The notes: generated by a model not told the origin, from the letters alone. A DNA stretch of 64,000 bases from an uncultured Spirochaetota bacterium (GCA_963820525.1 CAWGAA010000002.1:576001-640000), one strand, 5' to 3'; shown: positions 52,770 to 62,912, counted from the first letter of the stretch. A program made the numbers and translations.

Positions 52770-53517
52770 ATGAGGCCAGGAATGAGAGCGTTTCCACGGA
52801 CCACACTCACCCTCCTCTTCTTCTTCACGACGGCGCTCATCCTGGCGGATGAGACGACCACGAATCTCGTATCACAGATCCTCGAGAGCTTCGATCAGCC
52901 GGATAAAACCTTCTGGATCGTGCAGGGAAGCAAGTTCACCACCTCGGGTTACCCGCAGATAAGCTTCGTCAAGGCGTGGCCGGACGCCCTCTTCGGACGG
53001 AACAAGGACAACAAGGACCTCTTCGCCCTCGGCATCCACGGCAAGTTCGACAGAAAGGCGTACGACTACATCGAGGTCATCCCCGCAAAGAAGGGAGAGG
53101 ACGGGAAGCTGGTGCCCAGCCCGATGCCCATCCCCGGCAGGGTGAAGACGCTCGATGTCTGGGTGTGGGGAGCGAACTTCAACTACTATCTCGATGTCCA
53201 CATCAGGGACTTCACGGGAGTGGACCACTCCCTCCGCCTCGGAGATCTCCTCTACGAAGGCTGGCGGGACCTTGCGGTGGACGTCCCATCGTCAATACCG
53301 CAGTCGCGCCGCACCATCCCCCGCTACCAGGGGCTCGAGCTCACCGAGTTCGTCTTGTGGACGCGGCCGGACGAGAGGGTGGATGACTTCTACGTCTTCA
53401 TAGACCAGATCAAGTGCCCTCACGGACCTTTTCGAATCGCGCTTCGACGGCGACAATCTCGCCGACATGGACACGCTGAACCAGCTCTGGTCCGCCGGGG
53501 CTCAGGCGGGGAAGTAG
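52770..53517 (+). CDS. flaA: Flagellar filament sheath protein FlaA (first copy), with a +1 frameshift near 53415-53419
   Basis: Signal peptide; VWVWGANFNY, GW.DL; the +1 frame continues LTDLFESRFDGDNL...GK to TAG at 53515-53517. Confidence 0.85.
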
Positions 53518-53522
53518 GAGTT

Positions 53523-54239
53523 ATGACGATGAACACGAGACTGACGCTTGTCGTGATGCTTCTCTCGGCCGTCCTCATAACCCCTTCGTTCGCCCAGGCC
53601 GTATCGACTCCCAACGCGGCGGATATCGGCAAGGACCAGGCGCAGCAGCTGCTCAAGGAGATCTCCGTCACGAAATTCGAGGACGCCTCCTTCTGGGCGT
53701 CGGCGATGCCGCTGGACATGGGGATAGTGACCCTGCGGAGGCTGGAAGGCTCTCCCCAGGGAAAGAAACCGATAGAAGACGAACAGAAGGTCGGGATCAC
53801 GGAAGCCGACAAGTACGTGCTGGGAACCAAGGTGAACTTCTTCAGGAGGGGACCCTCCTATTGCACAGTCACGCCGGTGGCCCCGATGCCCGTGGAAGGG
53901 AACGTGAAGACGATCTCTCTCTGGGTGGTCGGGAGGAACTACAATCACATCCTCAAGCTCATTGTTCGGGACTATTACGGCAAGCAGATGGAGCTGACCC
54001 TGGGGAGGCTGAACTTCCTGGGTTGGAAGCAGATGGTCGTCGCCGTGCCTCCCGGCATCGTGCAGACCGAGTTCCATTACGCCTATCAAAGCGGGCTGAA
54101 GATCATCGGGTTCAGGATCGATTTCGATCCGATTGAGGATTTCGGCTCCTATTACGTCTACTTCGACGACATGCGGGCCGTCACGGACCTGTTCGGCGAA
54201 GCGAAACGCGACGTTGACGACATGGTCGACAGCTGGTAG
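53523..54239 (+). CDS. flaA: Flagellar filament sheath protein FlaA (second copy)
   Basis: Own AGGAG RBS and signal peptide; SLWVVGRNY, LNFLGWK, YFDDMRAVTD. Confidence 0.88.
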   Translation: MTMNTRLTLVVMLLSAVLITPSFAQAVSTPNAADIGKDQAQQLLKEISVTKFEDASFWASAMPLDMGIVTLRRLEGSPQGKKPIEDEQKVGITEADKYVLGTKVNFFRRGPSYCTVTPVAPMPVEGNVKTISLWVVGRNYNHILKLIVRDYYGKQMELTLGRLNFLGWKQMVVAVPPGIVQTEFHYAYQSGLKIIGFRIDFDPIEDFGSYYVYFDDMRAVTDLFGEAKRDVDDMVDSW

Positions 54240-54271
54240 GACCTCGATTCGCTACGCAACGCCGCAATTAG

Positions 54272-54304
54272 AAAGCCCTCGCGACCTTTGAGGGCTTTTC
54301 TTTT
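54272..54304 (+). terminator. Intrinsic terminator after flaA
   Basis: aaagccctc-N9-gagggcttt followed by a T-rich tail. Confidence 0.8.
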
Positions 54305-54331
54305 GCCTTTTCGCATGGTAGACTCCGCCCC

Positions 54332-55153
54332 ATGACCCCTGAGGAGGAGCTGAAAAAGCTCAACCGGCTCATCAAACAGTACGAAACTGTGTACCGCACG
54401 GCCTCAGACGGTGAGCAGCGGGAGAGAGTCGCCAAGGAGCTGAAGCAGCTGCGAAGCTACCGCGACAAGATCCTCGCCGTAAACGTCATCGACGATGAAG
54501 ATCTCGAGGAGCCTCCCCAGGACGATGATGAGCTCGTCGAATACCCCATTCTCCAGATGCTCATGGAAGAGCGGGAGAGAGCAAAAGCGGCCCGCCTCAG
54601 CACGGGCGCGATCGAAGGTCCCGACAATCCCGAAGGCGAGCGCGAGATGTCGAACATCTGCCTCTATACGGGGTTCTTCGAAAGGGAGTACATCCCGTTT
54701 CTCACCGAGATGAGGCTCAAGCTCGATTTCAAGTTCTCCATGGAGAGGGACGGCTTCTACGGAAGGTTCCAGGACCTGATGCGAAAGATCGCGGACTACG
54801 AGGACGAGGCCCGCCGGCTTTCACAGGGAACGTTCACCAAGGAGATGGAGCTGGAGGTGAGGAAGCGCGCCTTCAAGTTGAAGAGGATCCTGGAGGTGGA
54901 GGCGAGCCGCTTCTTTCGCGCGATCAAGCGCTTCACCGCGCACCTCATCGAAGACGCGCATACCGACGGCGTGAAATGCCTGAACGCCGATGAGCCGATC
55001 GTCTTCGACAAGATCGAGGGAAAGCGCCTGCTCGCGGGGAAGCTCGTCGTGAACGCGCTGGAGGATCTTGGGGCTTATGCCGATGAGGTGATCAGCTACC
55101 TCAACATACCGGAGCTGGAGTCTCAGGAGAACGAGCGTGCAGATAGATATTGA
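54332..55153 (+). CDS. Hypothetical helical protein
   Basis: 273-aa ORF with genome-like codon usage; overlaps the next gene. Confidence 0.8.
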   Translation: MTPEEELKKLNRLIKQYETVYRTASDGEQRERVAKELKQLRSYRDKILAVNVIDDEDLEEPPQDDDELVEYPILQMLMEERERAKAARLSTGAIEGPDNPEGEREMSNICLYTGFFEREYIPFLTEMRLKLDFKFSMERDGFYGRFQDLMRKIADYEDEARRLSQGTFTKEMELEVRKRAFKLKRILEVEASRFFRAIKRFTAHLIEDAHTDGVKCLNADEPIVFDKIEGKRLLAGKLVVNALEDLGAYADEVISYLNIPELESQENERADRY

Positions 55154-55517
55154 GGCGAACTCCACAATCGGGGAGCAGTCCTTCTTCGAAGGCCGCTTCG
55201 CCATCCGGGGAAGCCTGCGTATCGACGGCACCTTCGAAGGCCAGGCCCTCCAGGTGGATCAACTGCAGATCGGACCCAAGGGCAGGGTCAAAACGGAAAT
55301 AACCGCGACGAGCGTGGTGGTGGAGGGAATCGTCATCGGCAACATCGCGGCCTCCCGCCGGATCCTGCTCCTCTCCTCCGCGCGGGTGCTCGGCGACGTC
55401 AAGACCCCGGAGCTCATCATCCAGGACGGGGTGGTCCTCGAGGGCAAATGCACGATCAGCCACGTGCAGATCGAGAACACGCAAAGCTATATCGAATCGC
55501 TCTACGGGAAACAGTGA
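55137..55517 (+). CDS. Bactofilin (polymer-forming cytoskeletal protein)
   Basis: IG....EG....GSLRIDG.FEG...IGPKG.V...I....VVVEG.V.GNI beta-helix pattern. Confidence 0.9.
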   Translation: MQIDIEANSTIGEQSFFEGRFAIRGSLRIDGTFEGQALQVDQLQIGPKGRVKTEITATSVVVEGIVIGNIAASRRILLLSSARVLGDVKTPELIIQDGVVLEGKCTISHVQIENTQSYIESLYGKQ

Positions 55518-56683
55518 TGGAAAAGTATCGGATGCTCAAGGACGTGTATTTCTTCCAGGGCCTCTCCCAGGAGGAGATCCGGAGGGTGGCCGACGTCTGC
55601 CAGGAGGAAGCCTTCCAACCCGGCAGCACAATCTTCCTGGAAGGCTCGCGGGCCGACAAATTCTACATCATCCTCGACGGCACGGTGGAGGTGTGGAAGG
55701 ACTTCCTGCAGGAGGAGCGGGACCTGCTCGCCGTGCATACGGCGGGACACCTCTTCGGCGAGATGGCCCTCATCGACGACCTGCCGAGGAGCGCCACGGT
55801 CGTGGCGAAGGACAACGTGCGCCTGCTTTCCATCGGCCGGGAGGACTTCCAGAGGATCATCAGGGAGAACAGCTCCGTGGCCCTCTCGATCATGCGCTCG
55901 GTCTCCTCGATGGTCCGCATGTCAAACGAGACCTTTGTCGACAACCTGCGCAGGAGGAACAGCGAGCTGGTGCGGGCCAACCGGGAGCTGAAGAAAACCC
56001 AGGACAAGCTCCTGCGCGCCGAGCGGCTGTCCATGCTGGGAAAGTTCTCCTCCCTGATCCTTCACGACATCAGAAACCCCATCGCAATCCTGCGCGGCTT
56101 CGCGGAGATGATCACGATTCACTCCGAGGAGCCCGAGGTGATCAAGCGCTACGTCGGAAAGATCGTGGCCGAGGCGGACCGCCTGAACAGGATCGCGAGC
56201 GAGCTCCTCGACTATTCCCGCGGCGAGATAGCGCTCAACATGTCCATCGTGGACCTGCGGGAGCTGGTGGGCAAGGCCGTGGAGATCGTGAGCGAACGCT
56301 TCGCCTCGAAGAACATCCAGATCCGCACCGACATCCGCTACCCGGGACCGGTTGTAATCGACAACGAGCGGATGCTGCGCGTGCTTTTGAACCTTGCCGA
56401 CAACTCCCGAAAGGCCATGCCGCAGGGCGGGACCTTCACCATCCAGGTGGACAAGCAGGACAAGCGGCTCATCTTCGAGGTCTCCGACACGGGAGTCGGG
56501 ATGGACAAGGACGTGCAGAAGAGGCTCTTCGAGCCCTTCTTCACGCATGCCGCCGAAGGCGGGACGGGGCTCGGCATGACGATCGTCAAAAACATCGTGG
56601 ACGCCCACGAGGGCAGCCTCGCTTTCACGAGCAGGAAAAACGAGGGGACCACGATCCGCATATCGATCCCCGTTCCGGGGTAG
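55517..56683 (+). CDS. Cytoplasmic histidine kinase with N-terminal cyclic-nucleotide-binding domain
   Basis: FGEMAL...PRSATV; H-box HDIRNP; N, G1 (DTGVGM), F and G2 (GTGLG) boxes. Confidence 0.92.
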   Translation: MEKYRMLKDVYFFQGLSQEEIRRVADVCQEEAFQPGSTIFLEGSRADKFYIILDGTVEVWKDFLQEERDLLAVHTAGHLFGEMALIDDLPRSATVVAKDNVRLLSIGREDFQRIIRENSSVALSIMRSVSSMVRMSNETFVDNLRRRNSELVRANRELKKTQDKLLRAERLSMLGKFSSLILHDIRNPIAILRGFAEMITIHSEEPEVIKRYVGKIVAEADRLNRIASELLDYSRGEIALNMSIVDLRELVGKAVEIVSERFASKNIQIRTDIRYPGPVVIDNERMLRVLLNLADNSRKAMPQGGTFTIQVDKQDKRLIFEVSDTGVGMDKDVQKRLFEPFFTHAAEGGTGLGMTIVKNIVDAHEGSLAFTSRKNEGTTIRISIPVPG

Positions 56684-56847
56684 GGAAGCCTGCCTCGGCT
56701 CGAGCGACCGCCCGTTGTGCGGCGCGTATCGCCTCAGCGGTTTGGAGGCCGTTTATACGCCGATTGAGGGCGCGCCCCGCGCGCCGTTCGTTCTTTCGCG
56801 GCACTTGACAAACGACTTTCGTTTGGCTACATATCACAGAGAATCGT

Positions 56848-56918
56848 TTCCCGGTAGTGTAATGGTAGCACAAAAGACTCTGGATCTTTTTGTGGGGGTT
56901 CAAATCCTCCCCGGGAAA
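56848..56918 (+). tRNA. tRNA-Gln (CTG)
   Basis: Acceptor ttcccgg/ccgggaa; anticodon arm aaaga-ctCTGga-tcttt; GGTTCAAATCC; TTGACA promoter at 56805. Confidence 0.93.
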
Positions 56919-56960
56919 ATGCAAGGCCGCTCGTGAGGCGGCGCAGAGCATGACCGAAGT

Positions 56961-57032
56961 GGCCCCTTCGTCTATCGGTTAGGACATGAGATTCTCAATC
57001 TTAAAAGAGGGGTTCGATTCCCCTAGGGGCTA
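56961..57032 (+). tRNA. tRNA-Glu (CTC)
   Basis: Acceptor ggcccct/aggggct; anticodon arm tgaga-ttCTCaa-tctta; GGTTCGATTCC. Confidence 0.93.
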
Positions 57033-57035
57033 AGC

Positions 57036-57058
57036 GGAGCGCACAAGCGCTCCTTTTT
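57036..57058 (+). terminator. Intrinsic terminator after the tRNAs
   Basis: ggagcgc-acaa-gcgctcc-TTTTT. Confidence 0.85.
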
Positions 57059-57657
57059 ATTTCTTGGGAAAAAGCCAGCGCGATACTTCCTCTGACTCCC
57101 TGTGCTGGAGATGGGACGATCGGCTAGCCTATCTGCACTGACCTGACAGACATGGAAGACAGTAGAAACTCAGTCCGTCGAACTAATGTTGAGCGGCGAC
57201 ATTGCGTCCGCGCGAAAGCCGAAGGGAGAGAGTTTCGAGGAATGGCTGCACTGTGGTGGCGTTTCGAAACCTACCCCATATCCGTGAGAGGATCAAGCAC
57301 GCCAAGTCAGAGGGATAATTGAGGAGGCCGCGTTTAATCCATGGTTACAATAACTTTCTTCTGCAAGTCCCAACGCACCCAGGGCGAAGCGCTTCAATTT
57401 GAGATCGGTTCACGTAATAGACTCGAAGCATAAGTGACGGTATGCCGTAATTCGAAGTTCTTGAGATGTCCCATCCGGAAAGTTGACGCGTAGGATTGGC
57501 CGAAGCCGGGTCGTTCGCCATGCTCTGCGGGATGATTCGCTATCCGGCTACCCAGCGCCGATCCCTTTCATTGATCGGAGCCTTCACATTAACGGCGGAT
57601 ACTGCGCGGGCTATAATTTGTGTTTCAGTCCTTGGAGAAGTGCCCCAAAGAGGGTCT

Positions 57658-58113
57658 ATGAGATTGGTAAAAGGCTGCTGTATCCTGCTGGCTTTTACTG
57701 GCCTCGCCTCCTGTCAAAGCTTGCCAAACCTCGACCAGCTCACTTTAGACCTTTCATCCTATTCCTACCCCGTCATGCTTAGCACGGTTGCGGATCACGG
57801 AAATCTACTGTTTTTCCCGTTCGAATCTGGCTGGTCATCAACAGTAATTCAATCATCCACGCACAAGGAAGATGCGACAAATCCCGCGACAAGCACAACT
57901 ATTTCGCAGAACATCGGCAGTCCTCTCTCCCAGCAGATCTCTGCTGGTACATCCCGGGTCCGGCCTGATTGGATTCTCCTCGCTTCCGTGCGCATACGTG
58001 CCATGTTCAGATCAACTTGGGTTTCGGACACCGAGGACTATCGCATTCGGGTAGAAGTAGCAGCGCCAACAGGCGCAGGGAAAGACCAGGCGCCGGTGAT
58101 GAATAATCGATAG
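57658..58113 (+). CDS. Hypothetical lipoprotein
   Basis: MRLVKG...LASC lipobox; atypical codon usage. Confidence 0.65.
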   Translation: MRLVKGCCILLAFTGLASCQSLPNLDQLTLDLSSYSYPVMLSTVADHGNLLFFPFESGWSSTVIQSSTHKEDATNPATSTTISQNIGSPLSQQISAGTSRVRPDWILLASVRIRAMFRSTWVSDTEDYRIRVEVAAPTGAGKDQAPVMNNR

Positions 58114-58123
58114 TGGAACTCTC

Positions 58124-58693
58124 ATGAGCAGCGCTTTGAAAAAAGCAAGATGTGGTCTGTCGATCATATCCGTTTTCGCTCTGGGAGTGCTCTCGTGCGC
58201 GTCGATAAATCAGACCCTGCTACTGGCGCCACTCCCGCCGAGCCTTCCGGTCTCAGCCTCCCCTTTCATCATCGTCAATGGCCAAATCCTGTCGCAACAG
58301 GACTATACGGTCCTGCAATCATTCAAATTTGAGAAATCCATCAGGTGTCCGCTGACATCAAAACAGATCACCTTCGATCTGTCGAAAGATCTGAATGAAA
58401 TCGCGGGTAAGGTGCAGGCGGATGCTATTACTGATCTGAGCATACGCGTGAAAAATGTACAGCATTGCGATATTTCATGGGTGTTGCTTGAGGGAGGAAT
58501 CGGATCTTTTATATTTGCCGCTGAAACCTACAGCACTGCGAGCGCTCTGATAAAAGGGGATCCGCACTGGGCTATAAATCTCAACGGTCTCGGGCTTGGT
58601 GCTGCTATTCTCGGCGTCTGCTACCTCCATTACAGCGTTGGCTCGAACAATTTCATCCTTGACATCGCCGGAAACGCAGTACAAATGAATTGA
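58124..58693 (+). CDS. Hypothetical lipoprotein with C-terminal hydrophobic segments
   Basis: VLSC lipobox; ADAITDL motif. Confidence 0.65.
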   Translation: MSSALKKARCGLSIISVFALGVLSCASINQTLLLAPLPPSLPVSASPFIIVNGQILSQQDYTVLQSFKFEKSIRCPLTSKQITFDLSKDLNEIAGKVQADAITDLSIRVKNVQHCDISWVLLEGGIGSFIFAAETYSTASALIKGDPHWAINLNGLGLGAAILGVCYLHYSVGSNNFILDIAGNAVQMN

Positions 58694-58778
58694 ATCCTCG
58701 CCAGCATGAAGCGGCTGCCGCCCCTGTCACCAAAAGGCTCCTTGAAGATTCGTTCGGCAGAGGCTACGATGGCCGATC

Positions 58779-59582
58779 ATGCGATACGTTCTGGTCACCG
58801 GCGCCTGCGGCGGGCTTGGTTCCTGCGTGTGTGACCTCCTTGCGGCATCAGGAGCAACGATCTTTGCATCTGACTCTGATCACCGCGCGCTGCGCCGTCT
58901 TGCCGGAAGGCCGGGCTTCGTTCCCCTCCCCATGGACGTGACCAGGACCAGGGACATATCGCGAGCGCTGAGGAAGATCGAGACGGTGACGGACGGCCTG
59001 GAGGGGCTGGTGTGCTGTGCCGGGATCTTCACGGCCGGTCCCCTTGTCGAAGCCGATGATGATGAGATGAGCAGAATCCTCGATGTCAACGTGATGGGGG
59101 CATTCCGGATCGTCAGGGAGTGCTTTCCACTCCTGAGAAGGCGCTTTGGGACCGTGGTGCTGATCGGATCGGAATCCTCCCGCTGCGCCATGCCTTTCAA
59201 CGGACCCTACACGGTGAGCAAGTCAGCCCTCCAGGCGTATGCAGATACGCTTCGGCGCGAGCTGATGTTTGTCGGCGTCCGGGTAACCTTGGTGATGCCG
59301 GGCGCAATCAGGACACCGTTGCTGACCGGCGCGGGTTTGAAAATCGAAAGCCGCGAAGCCAGAACTCTATTTCCTGCGCAGCTTGGTCTTGTCCGCCGCA
59401 TGCTTTCCAAGCAGTACGAAAAAGCGATGCAGCCGATGAGGGCTGCGCGTGTAGTCATGCGCGCACTTAATGCGCGAATGCCCCGGCCGTACTACAGGGT
59501 GGGCAACGATCCTCTGCGTATGATGCTCGCAAGGCTTCCCGCCTCGTGGACTGACGCGCTCATCAAGGCGTTCGGGTCGTGA
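58779..59582 (+). CDS. Short-chain dehydrogenase/reductase
   Basis: TGACGGLG, CAGI, YTVSK, PGAIRT. Confidence 0.92.
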   Translation: MRYVLVTGACGGLGSCVCDLLAASGATIFASDSDHRALRRLAGRPGFVPLPMDVTRTRDISRALRKIETVTDGLEGLVCCAGIFTAGPLVEADDDEMSRILDVNVMGAFRIVRECFPLLRRRFGTVVLIGSESSRCAMPFNGPYTVSKSALQAYADTLRRELMFVGVRVTLVMPGAIRTPLLTGAGLKIESREARTLFPAQLGLVRRMLSKQYEKAMQPMRAARVVMRALNARMPRPYYRVGNDPLRMMLARLPASWTDALIKAFGS

Positions 59583-59591
59583 AACTGAAGT

Positions 59592-60635
59592 TCAGTGAAG
59601 CGATGCAACGTCCCTGGTGAGCTTTCCCGTGATCGGAACCGGCTTCATTCTGGACGGGAGCTTCAGGAACTGGTAGCGGTCCACGGAGTGGACATCCACC
59701 ACTTGCACGGACATGTCGTGGAGCACGCTGATGTGGATCGTCGCTCCGGGCCTGCCCGCCGCCCAGACCTTGCGATAGAAATCCGCGAGGCCTTCGACCT
59801 GTTTGTCTTCCACCGCGAGGAGGATGTCGCCGGCGCGCATGCCCGCCGCATCCGCCGGTCCCTGGGGGCTGACCTCGCGGATGAGGACCCTGCCCTGAGA
59901 TTCAGCCAGGGTGATCCCCAGCCACGGGCGCACGGATTCCGCGGAACGGCCGTCTGAAATCAGGCTTTTGAGTATCGGCTTGAGAAGCTCGATGGGCACG
60001 AACATATTGCACGGCACTCCTCCAACGGTGGGAACGGCCAAGATCGTGAAGATGGAGCCGATCCCGACAAGCTTGCCCCCGCTCACAAGGGCCGCACCGC
60101 CGAATGCGGGATACGCTGGAGCCGCATAAATCGCATTGTCCAGGAGATACTCCCAATAGCCGGCAAACTCGCCCTTGAGAATAATGCGAACCGGCTGGGG
60201 ATCGTCGCCGAAACCGATCACGTGCAGGGTATCGCCTATCTGGAGACTGGATGAATCTCCCAGCTCCATGGGTGCCGCGCTCAGATGCTCCCTGCTCCTC
60301 ACCAGCCCGAAACCCGTGCTCACGTCGTAGGCCACGAAATCGGCGGCGGAAAACCCACCGTGGGAATCGATTACCCCGATGGTTTCCGCCTCGAGGATGA
60401 GGTAGCCGATCGTGAGGATGAGGCCGCTGGAATCAATGAGCACGCCGGTTCCCTCCCGCTCGGCCCCCAGAGAGGAAGCGCTGGAGGCATCCGGTGGAAC
60501 AAAGACCCGCAGCTTGACGATCGAGTCGGTTGCCTCGCCCGTCTGATCATCCGCGAACGCGGGCATTCCCCGCGCAATGAAGAAGGACAGCGCACAAGCG
60601 CTGATAACTATTCGAAGGTAGGACGGCATTGGCAT
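59592..60635 (-). CDS. Secreted trypsin-like-PDZ protein with non-canonical catalytic motifs
   Basis: Signal peptide; LTIGYL, PAFGGAAL, PDZ RPWLG; exact start uncertain (60629-60638). Confidence 0.82.
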   Translation of the reverse strand: MPMPSYLRIVISACALSFFIARGMPAFADDQTGEATDSIVKLRVFVPPDASSASSLGAEREGTGVLIDSSGLILTIGYLILEAETIGVIDSHGGFSAADFVAYDVSTGFGLVRSREHLSAAPMELGDSSSLQIGDTLHVIGFGDDPQPVRIILKGEFAGYWEYLLDNAIYAAPAYPAFGGAALVSGGKLVGIGSIFTILAVPTVGGVPCNMFVPIELLKPILKSLISDGRSAESVRPWLGITLAESQGRVLIREVSPQGPADAAGMRAGDILLAVEDKQVEGLADFYRKVWAAGRPGATIHISVLHDMSVQVVDVHSVDRYQFLKLPSRMKPVPITGKLTRDVASLH

Positions 60636-60829
60636 CACCTCCTGCCGTTTTTCAGAGAAACCGCCTTTTCGGTGGATTCGCCTCCTTCAATGTAAGAAAA
60701 ATGGGGCAGGGGGTGGTGAAAATCGAAACAGGGCGAGGGGGCTCTTGGCGCCGATTGCGGAGCCGGCGGTCGAGCGGCAGTCGGAGCCGTTGGGGCCCCG
60801 ACCTTCCTTTGCACCGCGCGGCGCCATCC

Positions 60830-62233
60830 CTAAGCCGAATGACGCACCGCGCCGCCCTGCAGCGCCGCCTTTCTCATCGGAACCATCATCTGCGTCCTGA
60901 TCATCAACGGGAAGCGGCTGCGGATGAGGGGGAGCCCCGTCACAAGCCATGCCAGGCCGGTACCCATCCTCTGAAGGATCCTGCGCTGGGGGAAGTCGTA
61001 GATACCCTGCCGCTTGTACGCCTTGTGATCGGCGCGGAACACGACGCGGAGGTGCGACCAGATGTCATCGCGGAAGATTTTCATTCCCGCAATGCCAAGG
61101 AAGGTGCGCGGCCTGATGTAGCCGGCCTCTGAGAGACGTACCAGCCGCCCGGCGAGCTGCGCCAGTGTCAGGTCCAAGGCTTCGGAGCTTTCCCCCTCGT
61201 CGGAGACGAATGCGACGAGGCTGGAGCGCTGGATTTCGATCCATGCCTCGTACGTCTCCCGAAGCTCCGGGAGCAGGCTCAAGGGGCCGGAGACGAGAAA
61301 CGCAACCTGCTTTCCGACCAGGGACGGCGTGTGGGTGTTGAAGAAGCTCCTGTCGAAGAACTCGCGCCATTTCCAGGAAAGCTGGCGGCTCACGATGGTG
61401 CCCGCGAAAACAATGATGTCCGCCGGCCGGAGGGTCTCGTTGTAGAAATCGATGAAGCCGTCCTTGCCCGTGTAGGCGCAGCGGTATGCCGCCCCGCAGC
61501 GAAGGCATCCCTGGCATCCTCCCTTGATGTCGAGGTCATGGAGGTTTACCACCTGCACCTCGCCGTCCCATGCCTCGCGAAGCCGCGCCGCCATGACCTG
61601 AAGGTTTTCCTGATGCGGCTGTGCGTCACTCAGGATCACAATCTTCTTCCCGGCGGTCGAGGTCCGATTCCCAGGCGTTCCCGGCCGGTAGCGAAGATGA
61701 GTTTTTTCCGGGAGCGCGGCGGAAAGGCGTGGAAACTCGGCATTTTCCGAGATGGCGCGGAAGAAGTCTTCGGCGAACAGCGCCAGCCGCTTCCTCTCTT
61801 CCGCCTTGACGATATCGTCCATTCTCGCCGAGTAGGAGCCCACGAACTTCGACCCCAGGTCTTCGCAGATCGAGCGCATGTACGTGTGTGCGTTTGAATC
61901 GTAGAAGTTGATCGATGTCGAGAGAGTGCATGCGTGCTTTCCAAGGAACGCCGAGGCGGCATTGCGCTTATCGATGAGCTCGATGAACCTCTTGTACTGC
62001 GAGCAGACGAGCAGGATATACAGGGGGAACGCCCAGATGACCCCGTCCGCTGAACGCACTTCCTCAATCACCCGGCTGAAAGCCGCTTCGTCCCTCTCTA
62101 ATTCGCTGATCTTTTGGGCCACTGGCAGCACAACAAACCTGTGTTCTGGAAAAAACTTTTCCAGCAGCAGCACATACTGCCGAGTGACGCTGACCTCCCC
62201 CTTCGGGCTTCCATTTAGTACCACAATCTTCAT
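60830..62233 (-). CDS. Two-domain flavodoxin-like NAD(P)H oxidoreductase / iron-sulfur flavoprotein
   Basis: NGSPKG, WAFPLY; second domain GCQGCLRC; AAGGAGG RBS. Confidence 0.85.
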   Translation of the reverse strand: MKIVVLNGSPKGEVSVTRQYVLLLEKFFPEHRFVVLPVAQKISELERDEAAFSRVIEEVRSADGVIWAFPLYILLVCSQYKRFIELIDKRNAASAFLGKHACTLSTSINFYDSNAHTYMRSICEDLGSKFVGSYSARMDDIVKAEERKRLALFAEDFFRAISENAEFPRLSAALPEKTHLRYRPGTPGNRTSTAGKKIVILSDAQPHQENLQVMAARLREAWDGEVQVVNLHDLDIKGGCQGCLRCGAAYRCAYTGKDGFIDFYNETLRPADIIVFAGTIVSRQLSWKWREFFDRSFFNTHTPSLVGKQVAFLVSGPLSLLPELRETYEAWIEIQRSSLVAFVSDEGESSEALDLTLAQLAGRLVRLSEAGYIRPRTFLGIAGMKIFRDDIWSHLRVVFRADHKAYKRQGIYDFPQRRILQRMGTGLAWLVTGLPLIRSRFPLMIRTQMMVPMRKAALQGGAVRHSA

Positions 62234-62251
62234 GTGGTCCTCCTTGTTTGG

Positions 62252-62276
62252 TAACATCGTTATATTAACGATGTTA
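62252..62276. promoter_or_regulatory. Double TetR-type operator upstream of the oxidoreductase
   Basis: TAACATCGTTA-tat-TAACGATGTTA. Confidence 0.8.
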
Positions 62277-62315
62277 AGTTTATGGCCTAAAAAAAGGCCT
62301 TTATGCTCGGTCATT

Positions 62316-62900
62316 TTATTTCCTCCCGCTGGCATAAAAGCTAAGGAATACCTCTCGAAGAGTTTCCTTGCTCATACCCTCGGCCGGCGGCAGGATGCCG
62401 GACATCATGAGGGAGGAGAACCCGTGCAGCATGATCCAGCCCATCATTGCCCCGTATCGAGGATCATCCGGGATCCCGCCCGTTTCAGCCATTCTGGCAA
62501 GCGCATCTCGCGCGGCACGGTACGTGTAGTAGAGCACGGGATGATCCGCAAGCCCCTCCGTGCGGTCGTCCAACGGCGCCTCGAAGAGCAGCCGGTAGAA
62601 GTTGGGATTCTCTTCGGCGAATGCGATGTACTCTTTGCCCAGCGCCTTGAGGAAATCCCTTGCGGGAAGCTCGCCGGGGATCGAGCGTATCCGCGCGTTG
62701 AGTATTTCGGCTGCCCTGAGCCTCAGGTTACGCAGGATCTCGTCCTTGCTGGAAAAGTAGTGATAGATAGCGGTTGCGCTCACGCCGATCTTTTTGGCAA
62801 GATTGCGCATGTTGATCCCCTGGTAGCCGGAGGCGACAACCACCTTTTCGGCTTCTTCGAGGATTCGTTTCGGAAGATCGAGGTTTGCAGCTCGTGTCAT
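62316..62900 (-). CDS. TetR-family regulator (WHG-type C-terminus)
   Basis: MRNLAKKIGVSATAIYHYF; W..LHGF. Confidence 0.92.
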   Translation of the reverse strand: MTRAANLDLPKRILEEAEKVVVASGYQGINMRNLAKKIGVSATAIYHYFSSKDEILRNLRLRAAEILNARIRSIPGELPARDFLKALGKEYIAFAEENPNFYRLLFEAPLDDRTEGLADHPVLYYTYRAARDALARMAETGGIPDDPRYGAMMGWIMLHGFSSLMMSGILPPAEGMSKETLREVFLSFYASGRK

Positions 62901-62912
62901 ATTCAACTCAAT

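Noticed and set aside
52770..54239. Single 489-aa FlaA gene
   Set aside because: The internal RBS, second signal peptide and restored C-terminus in the +1 frame indicate two genes with an indel.
57152..57322. Short 56-codon ORF after the tRNAs
   Set aside because: No RBS, motif or codon support.
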